A stretch of 64,000 nucleotides of DNA, taken from positions 30,926,388 to 30,990,387 of the forward strand of contig NC_092670.1 in assembly GCF_964355755.1 (NCBI RefSeq), given 5' to 3'. Made by a program: the position numbers and the translations under genes. Under the pieces are notes generated by a model. It saw nothing but the letters and a program-made list of their open reading frames with translations. It ran no database searches and had not been told where the DNA came from. Shown here piece after piece: positions 60,801 through 64,000 of the stretch (positions within the stretch are counted from its first letter, which is position 1; each line of letters begins with the position of its first letter). This DNA comes from Antedon mediterranea (Eukaryota > Animalia > Echinodermata).

Positions 60801-62980
60801 AAGTATTTAATTATTCCTGGGAAGCGGCTGGGAGTTTGGGGTGGGCCTATCACCATGACCGAAACTGTATTTGGTTTGTTTTAAACTACATTTGAAAACT
60901 GCTACTGAGGGATTATGGGTTGGGAGTGATAATAACATAACTTCAACAAATCACCCAGTGTATCTGGGGTGTGTTTGTAGGGGGAGGTGGAAGAGCGAAA
61001 ATATTGTCGTAATGAAGTAGCCTATATGCTTGGAATTGTACTAGGAAAAGTTACTATATTTGAACTGTCATGGGGAGGAGTTAAGGTTTGTTGTTTGTGG
61101 CTGGGGTGGTGAGAGGAGAAAGAAGGCTGGGGGACCGCAGTATCTAAATTAGATATTTTAATTATCAGCCAATATAACACCTATTCATTTACACAATTTA
61201 CAACGTACTTCAACCATTACTAGACCCATCATAGCTATGTATACTCCTCTCAATTTGAAGCTTACGTTGAATTGAATTTGTCCATCACTGGGAAGAATTG
61301 GTTTTTAAAAAAGAGTATGGGGTGTTATTGAAGAAGGGTGGAGATTGGTGAGTATAGACAGATACTGGCGTCGGGTGTTGAGAAGGCTTTAAACTAATTT
61401 TGAAACCCGCCCTGGGGCGGGTATAATTGCTAGTCTATATTATAAGTGAGAGAGTTTGTCTGTTTGTCTGTCTGTTTGTTTGTTTGTCTGTTTGTTCGTT
61501 ATACAAATTTTTGTTACTGCACGTAATCTTACATATGGGGTATCAAAATGACCGCAATTGTACCGGGAATGTTCTAAGCTATATTTCAACATCATCCGCC
61601 ACCTAGGATCTATGTTAGGGACCAAAATGTGGTCAAAACCCCCACTTTCGATGTTTGTTCGTTATACAAATTTCCGTTTCTGCACGTAACCATACGTATG
61701 GGGTATCAAAATGATGGCAATTGTACCCGGAAGGTTTTAAACTACATTTAAAAAAATTCCCCCGACTCCTGGGGTTTTTGTGGGAGGGGTGGGGGCGGGG
61801 GGTGGTGTGGTGGTTTGTGATGTCATTTTTTGCTAGGGCTCGGGGTTGTAGGCTATCGAATTGTAAAATTATACTACAAAAGTTTTACAGTATTTTAATT
61901 ATCGTCAGCAAGGCGTATATAGATTTACATATTTTATTCATTAACCAATATGACACCTATTCAATTACACATTTAGCAAAGTACTTTAACCATATCCAGC
62001 TACTATGTATCGGTCTCTTGGATTGTCTCATTACAGACATCCATACATGTGTGAACATACACATGTTGTTTACTGTTACTGTGTTGAACTACATCACCAA
62101 TCCTCCAAGGAAAACACGTCAATTGTGGGAGAGTGGGGTTGGGAGATAGGGTTTGGGTTTCAGGAGATAGTGGGGATTTCGCTTACACCAGAATTGTGGT
62201 TGGAAAATGTATTTAATCATCCCTGGGAAGCTGATGGGAGTTTGGGGTGGCGTATCAAAATGATAGCAATTGTACCCGGAAGGTTTTAAACTACATTTAA
62301 AAAATTCCCCCGACTCCTGGGGTTTTTGTGGGAGGGGTGGGGGCGGGGGGGGGAGCGAAAATACTAGCGTAATGAAGTAGCCCGATTGGATTGTACTAGG
62401 AAAAGTTACTAAATTTGAACTGTCCAGGGGAGGAGTTAAGGTTTGTTGATGGTGGCTGGGATGGTGAAAGGAGAAAGAAGGCTGGGGGACCTTAGACCCA
62501 TCGTAGCTATGCATACTCCTCTCAATTCGAAGCTTAGGTTGAATTGAATTTGTCCATCACTGGGAAGAATTTGTTTTTAAGAAAGAGTATGGGGTGTTAT
62601 TGAAGAGGGGTGGAGGTTGGTGAGTATAGACAGATACTGGCGTCGGTTGTTATATACTGAGAAGGCTGTAAACTAATTTTGAAACCCGCCCTGGGGCGGG
62701 TATAATTGCTAGTTACTTATATGTATAATGTAGGAAAGGCAAATTATAGTCGTATAGGTAGGCCTACATACAATAATGAATGATCAGAATGTTATTATCA
62801 TTCCAATCATTAGTCATTATTATGTTTACTAAAAATATTATTAATGTATTGATATAACTTATATGGAATAAGATTAACATTTTTAAAATGTACTTACGTA
62901 TTGTACATAGCTCGCCTCGATACCCTTCGCAACATGTCTTGACAAAATCGAATACCTCGACATATTCGTAGACGGCAGGC
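402..62980 (-). CDS. Giant multi-exon secreted SCO-spondin/hemolectin/gel-forming mucin-like protein (EMI-EGF-3xVWD/C8/TIL-5xLDLa-~29x discoidin/PTS); partial, both ends outside window
   Basis: About 96 exons traced by canonical GT-AG sites (seen as ...ttac / ct... on + strand). Summed length 28,594 nt keeps one reading frame (phase-2 start, phase-0 end, about 9,530 codons). Domain signatures read from the translations. N-terminal order matches the SCO-spondin family, but no TSP1 repeats are seen in the window. Confidence 0.9.
1887..2942 (-). CDS. 1,056-bp Thr/Ala-rich mucin exon with 21-aa (3x7) repeat
   Basis: Unit [21 protein letters not shown] (63 bp); phase 1-1; ORF 1855-2928. Confidence 0.88.
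3143..5616 (-). CDS. Discoidin-like domains 26-27 and PTS segments
   Basis: Exons 5348-5616+5029-5179, 3809-4653 (56-aa/168-bp repeat plus domain N-half)+3487-3631, and 3143-3322. Confidence 0.82.
5743..7815 (-). CDS. Three 624-bp single-exon discoidin+PTS modules (domains 23-25)
   Basis: 7192-7815, 6468-7091, 5743-6366; the first two encode identical ORF-track proteins; 724-bp period. Confidence 0.9.
5743..8083. repeat. Tandem array, 724-bp unit (3 full + 1 partial)
   Basis: Exon starts 5743/6468/7192/7916; near-identical 100-bp introns. Confidence 0.93.
7916..10250 (-). CDS. Six short PTS-only exons
   Basis: 10122-10250, 9455-9604, 9021-9179, 8711-8875, 8522-8596, 7916-8083; all multiples of 3, phase 1-1, Thr/Ser/Pro-rich. 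Confidence 0.8.
8160..8512 (+). mobile_element. Partial tandem of family-1 hammerhead repeat (other copies about 40525-40692 +, 58320-58507 -)
   Basis: About 140-bp body GCTAACTTTTCTGGCTG...GATCCAGCCACTGATACCCACAGC...GGATT(TA)n present twice; hammerhead at 8325-8366 has CTGATAA (G8A). Confidence 0.8.
10367..16091 (-). CDS. Array of eight single-exon discoidin+PTS modules (domains 15-22), alternating A/B types
   Basis: 636-bp exons 15456-16091, 14719-15354, 13990-14625, 13253-13888, 12524-13159, 11786-12421, 11057-11692 and 588-bp 10367-10954; about 93-102 bp introns; all phase 1-1. Confidence 0.9.
10367..16091. repeat. Tandem array, 1,466-1,467-bp A/B dimer unit
   Basis: Exon starts 11057/12524/13990/15456 and 11786/13253/14719; introns conserved. 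Confidence 0.93.
16200..18592 (-). CDS. 99-bp PTS exon (18494-18592) and 1,869-bp exon with intronless discoidin domain 14 plus 36-37-aa PTS repeats (16200-18068)
   Basis: ORF 16096-18084: CYMDLD...PWYP...IQGH...LRIGLFGC, then repeats [36 protein letters not shown]. Confidence 0.88.
18716..22999 (-). CDS. Giant 4,284-bp mucin PTS exon, about 38 copies of a 37-aa repeat
   Basis: Unit [37 protein letters not shown] (111 bp); phase 1-1; length divisible by 3; contains ORF 18708-22850. Confidence 0.92.
23206..29326 (-). CDS. Discoidin-like domains 10-13 (diverged) with PTS linkers
   Basis: Exons 29195-29326, 28647-28906+28033-28171, 27771-27794 (24-bp microexon), 27235-27494+26682-26826, 25927-26199, 25364-25644+24698-24851, 24338-24442, 23700-23971+23206-23353. 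Confidence 0.82.
24944..25114. mobile_element. Degenerate MITE (CAGTCAA-type end, Tc1/mariner-like); inverted homologue at 42228-42381
   Basis: ATATCAAACTCTCTGAAAAC...GGTATTGGGAGAGTTGACTGT matches the reverse complement of TACAGTCAAACCTACCAATACC...GTTTTCAGAAAGTTTGATAT. Confidence 0.55.
29428..29467 (+). ncRNA. Minimal hammerhead motif (family 3, slightly decayed)
   Basis: TACA-CTGATGA-T-GGGAA-GTGC-TTCTC-GAAA-CAT-ATA^TGCA; helix III near-palindrome ACATAT. Confidence 0.65.
29557..37987 (-). CDS. Discoidin-like domains 3-9, near-identical, in tandemly duplicated exon-intron units
   Basis: 275-bp exons at 37713, 36141, 34766, 33590, 32208, 31034 (278 bp at 29961), each followed by a 148-bp exon (37397, 35878, 34499, 33327, 31941, 30767, 29557) and PTS linker exons of 63 or 75 bp (231 bp at 30351-30581). 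Confidence 0.87.
30767..37544. repeat. Tandem segmental duplication, about 2,555-bp unit including introns
   Basis: Homologous exon starts 31034/33590/36141 and 32208/34766; intron sequences nearly identical between units. Confidence 0.92.
32575..32632 (+). mobile_element. L2-clade LINE/SINE 3' tail relic (duplicated at about 35134-35190; similar relic about 49243-49290)
   Basis: TGTAAAGTGCTTTGA...GAAAAGGTGCTTTATAAAT..(AAT)n resembles the L2-type 3' terminal stem-loop and tail. Confidence 0.45.
38455..41780 (-). CDS. Discoidin (F5/8 type C)-like domains 1-2 with PTS linkers
   Basis: Exon pairs 41524-41780+40932-41076 and 39811-40082+39124-39268; linkers 40263-40310 and 38455-38580. N-terminal Cys, GW.P, VTG...GGG, F.GN.D, L(R/K)..V(I/L)GC end motif. 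Confidence 0.8.
41952..46623 (-). CDS. Five LDL-receptor class A repeats plus one 10-Cys TIL-like module, one per exon
   Basis: LDLa exons 46507-46623, 45675-45788, 44543-44668, 43668-43790, 41952-42107 (all with C..F/W.C...C....CD...DC...SDE..C); Cys-rich exon 42869-43036. All phase 1-1. Confidence 0.92.
46170..46265. promoter_or_regulatory. Candidate intronic promoter/enhancer: CCAAT plus perfect CRE and CpG-rich patch
   Basis: CCAAT 46170-46174, TGACGTCA 46179-46186, GC/CpG-rich GGCAGCGACAGGCACCGCGAGTCGCGG, close to the CpG-density boundary. Confidence 0.3.
46777..50473 (-). CDS. D3 assembly exons (VWD with GDPH, C8, TIL, E)
   Basis: Exons 50135-50473, 49344-49549, 48881-49008, 47922-48031, 47428-47571, 46997-47090, 46777-46823. 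Motifs [60 protein letters not shown]. Confidence 0.93.
50587..53330 (-). CDS. D2 assembly and D' (TIL/E) exons
   Basis: Exons 53034-53330, 52383-52794, 52028-52271, 51438-51627, 50838-50932, 50587-50633. Motifs [39 protein letters not shown]. Confidence 0.92.
53715..54075 (+). mobile_element. tRNA-derived SINE with Deu/Nin-like core and (AAAC)n tail
   Basis: A box TGGCCGAGCGG, B-box-like GGTTCGAGGCTC; core TAAACCGTAGGTCC...TTAAAGAACC...GAGTAGGGGGTTACCCCGGTGT resembles the DeuSINE/AmnSINE1 central domain from memory; 38-bp head duplicated. Confidence 0.82.
54147..59788 (-). CDS. D1 assembly (VWD-C8-TIL-E) exons
   Basis: Exons 59586-59788, 57185-57287, 56683-56841, 56353-56435, 56121-56240, 55384-55537, 54761-55001, 54147-54285. 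Motifs [51 protein letters not shown]...CLPGCQCP; the last exon begins VWD2 ([14 protein letters not shown]). Confidence 0.92.
57757..57812. repeat. (TA)n microsatellite; (ATC)n at about 56619-56650
   Basis: Direct reading of the sequence. Confidence 0.95.
57830..58276 (-). mobile_element. Probable 5'-truncated Penelope-like element 3' end (pseudo-LTR)
   Basis: Lies between TA microsatellites; begins with remnant YAPTGINVQ (resembles the P.G(L/I)N end of PLE GIY-YIG endonucleases) and contains hammerhead family 2. Confidence 0.5.
57968..58006 (-). ncRNA. Minimal type I hammerhead ribozyme motif (family 2)
   Basis: Minus strand: TTCAC-CTGATGA-T-GGGC-TAT-GCCC-GAAA-CAT-GTC^GTAAA; palindromic helix III ACATGT. 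Confidence 0.8.
58463..58504 (-). ncRNA. Minimal type I hammerhead ribozyme motif (family 1, intact core)
   Basis: Minus strand: TTGCA-CTGATGA-A-GGGC-TAGTGTT-GCCC-GAAA-G-CTC^TGCTAA; palindromic helix III AGCT; helix I GCA/TGC. Confidence 0.8.
58836..59143 (+). mobile_element. TA-microsatellite-nested element with internal tRNA-like cassette (copies 57452-57756 -, partial 57370-57434 +, 58515-58622 -, 58628-58774 +)
   Basis: Five related segments sharing the end AATTTCAGTATATCACCGGGCGGTTTAGAATTAATGTTCTTTGCCT..GTGTTT(AT)n; duplicated ORF-track peptides [10 protein letters not shown]... on opposite strands. Confidence 0.85.
58959..59040 (+). tRNA. tRNA-like cloverleaf (anticodon-position ATC, Asp-like) followed by T5; probably a pseudo-tRNA within a repeat; second copy 57562-57632 (-)
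   Basis: GCCCCAG...TTGGGGC acceptor stem, A box TGGTCTAATGG, CTGC-ATATCAA-GCAG anticodon arm, CCGAG-TTCGAGT-CTCGG T arm, then GACTTTTT. Confidence 0.5.
59843..60006. mobile_element. Inverted pair of hammerhead-bearing repeat (family 4); third copy at 49735-49815
   Basis: Arms ATAAAGCTTGCGGTACACCACGTGTATTAGTTCTGA / TCAGAACTAATACACGTGGTGTACCACAAGCTTTAT. Three-copy consensus CTC-CTGAGGA-C-GATCAA-AGCATA-TTGATC-GAAA-C-GTC^GAG; each single copy is mutated. Confidence 0.7.
60149..60295. mobile_element. MITE, TIR about AAGCTCTGTCTACACT; related copies 41202-41270 and 41382-41505
   Basis: AAGCTTTGTCTACGCT...AGTATAGACAGAGCTT; shared internal GTGCCCAAAT(A)TGG and TGACAAAAAA. Confidence 0.7.
60440..60541 (-). 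CDS. Exon: EGF-like domain
   Basis: [31 protein letters not shown]; phase 1-1, 102 bp; not in the ORF track. Confidence 0.9.
60636..62712 (+). mobile_element. Two non-autonomous Helitron copies head-to-tail (60636-61433; 61434-62712)
   Basis: Each starts TCTATATTATAAGTGAGAGAG plus (TGTC/TGTT)n and ends with hairpin ACCCGCCC-TG-GGGCGGGT followed by ATAATTGCTAG. Inserted between A (60635) and T (62713) with no TSD. Confidence 0.88.
62898..62980 (-). CDS. Exon: C-terminal half of EMI domain
   Basis: [26 protein letters not shown] fits the EMI RP.Y...CC.G(W/Y).G..C pattern; flanked by AG and GTAAG. Confidence 0.75.
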
Positions 62981-63415
62981 CTAAGAAAAAACAATGTAAA
63001 AACAATCACTTTTTAACCGTCTTAACCGTTTATTTGATGGAAGAGTCGAACAGTGCCGTACCAGAACTGGAAATATTATTCCACCTCCTAGATTTGAATG
63101 CTATGGTAGAATGCTGAGAAATTCAAATAATCTATCACAATAAGATGAAAATTAAGCCATTTGCTTATTTATTCCCATGCATTTTTTTATGTTTTATATC
63201 ACTTTGTAAATCATGTGCAATTTACAGATGTGACATCTGTGACATGTGACTGTTTAATTAAATTAAAGATTATTAATAAAAGATACAGTATCATTTTGAG
63301 TTAGGCCTAAACAAGGCTCTAAATAAGGCCAAATAAACTTAAACTACTAATCAAACTTTTAAGCCATATGTCTATCGTTTTTACTATTAGCTTTTTTACA
63401 AAAAGGAATAAATGT

Positions 63416-63694
63416 TTTACAATAAAATTTAATGACAAAAAAAACAAGAAGATCGACGTTTCTGAACCATCATGGAACCATTTTCAAGATCAAGTGATCG
63501 AATTATACAAAACAACAACTTAAGTTCTTAGTATTGTAGGCCTTCTTCTCTTAATTAACCAATCAATTAGTATTTCCTGTCACCTATTTGTGTTTGTTGT
63601 TTTGTATAATTCGATCACTTGATCTTGAAAATGGTTCCATGATGGTTCCGAAACGTCAATCTTCTTGTTTTTTGTCATTAAATGTTATTGTAAA
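63416..63694. mobile_element. About 100-bp inverted repeat pair, each arm carrying a U3-A8 variant hammerhead (family 5)
   Basis: Arms 63416-63518 and 63594-63694; motif GATC-TTGAAAA-T-GG-TT-CCATGATGG-TT-CC-GAAA-C-GTC^(G/A)ATC at 63621-63661 (+) and 63451-63491 (-). Confidence 0.72.
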
Positions 63695-64000
63695 GTTATA
63701 ATAGCAAGCGTCTATTATTTATTAAGAAATAAATGTTACATAAATAAAAAAAATCAAAAGAATGATTTTACATTTGAAATTGCACGTTATTGTTACGGTC
63801 CTTTATAGTTACTTTGGCTTTTGCTATTCTAATTCATTGATATAACTTACAAATGGTGTATTTTCAATAAATTACTTGTGGTTCAGTTATGCTACATAAA
63901 ATATAAATCAAAATATAGGTGTGTAGGTGTTTAGTTTTAATTACGCTATTAGACTATTCATAGGTTTTACTCCATAACTTAAAATGCATTAAAATGATAC

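Noticed and set aside
63851-63891. Possible upstream exon bounded by AG/GTAAG on minus strand
   Set aside because: Stop codons in all three frames.

Overview
AT-rich eukaryotic genomic DNA, probably from an invertebrate deuterostome such as an echinoderm (inferred from a Deu-domain SINE and abundant TAGGCCTA motifs). The whole window is the interior of ONE giant minus-strand, intron-rich gene. By hand I traced about 96 GT-AG exons with consistent phases from 62980 down to 402 (about 28.6 kb coding, about 9,500 aa); both the start and the stop lie outside the window. Domain order is EMI-end, EGF, three VWD-C8-TIL assemblies (GDPH in D3), five LDLa plus a Cys-rich TIL-like module, then about 29 F5/8-type-C (discoidin)-like domains alternating with Thr/Pro/Ser/Gly mucin segments. 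This is an SCO-spondin/hemolectin/gel-forming-mucin-like secreted polymer. The discoidin-mucin part grew by at least three recent tandem exon+intron duplications (periods about 724, 1467 and 2555 bp) and intra-exon minisatellites (63, 111 and 168 bp units). The introns hold at least five families of minimal Penelope-type hammerhead-ribozyme motifs, a TA-microsatellite-nested element carrying a tRNA-like cassette, a head-to-tail Helitron pair, a Deu-domain tRNA SINE and MITEs. CpG density changes sharply near 44.5 kb. All coordinates and counts are manual reads, and no database searches were run.
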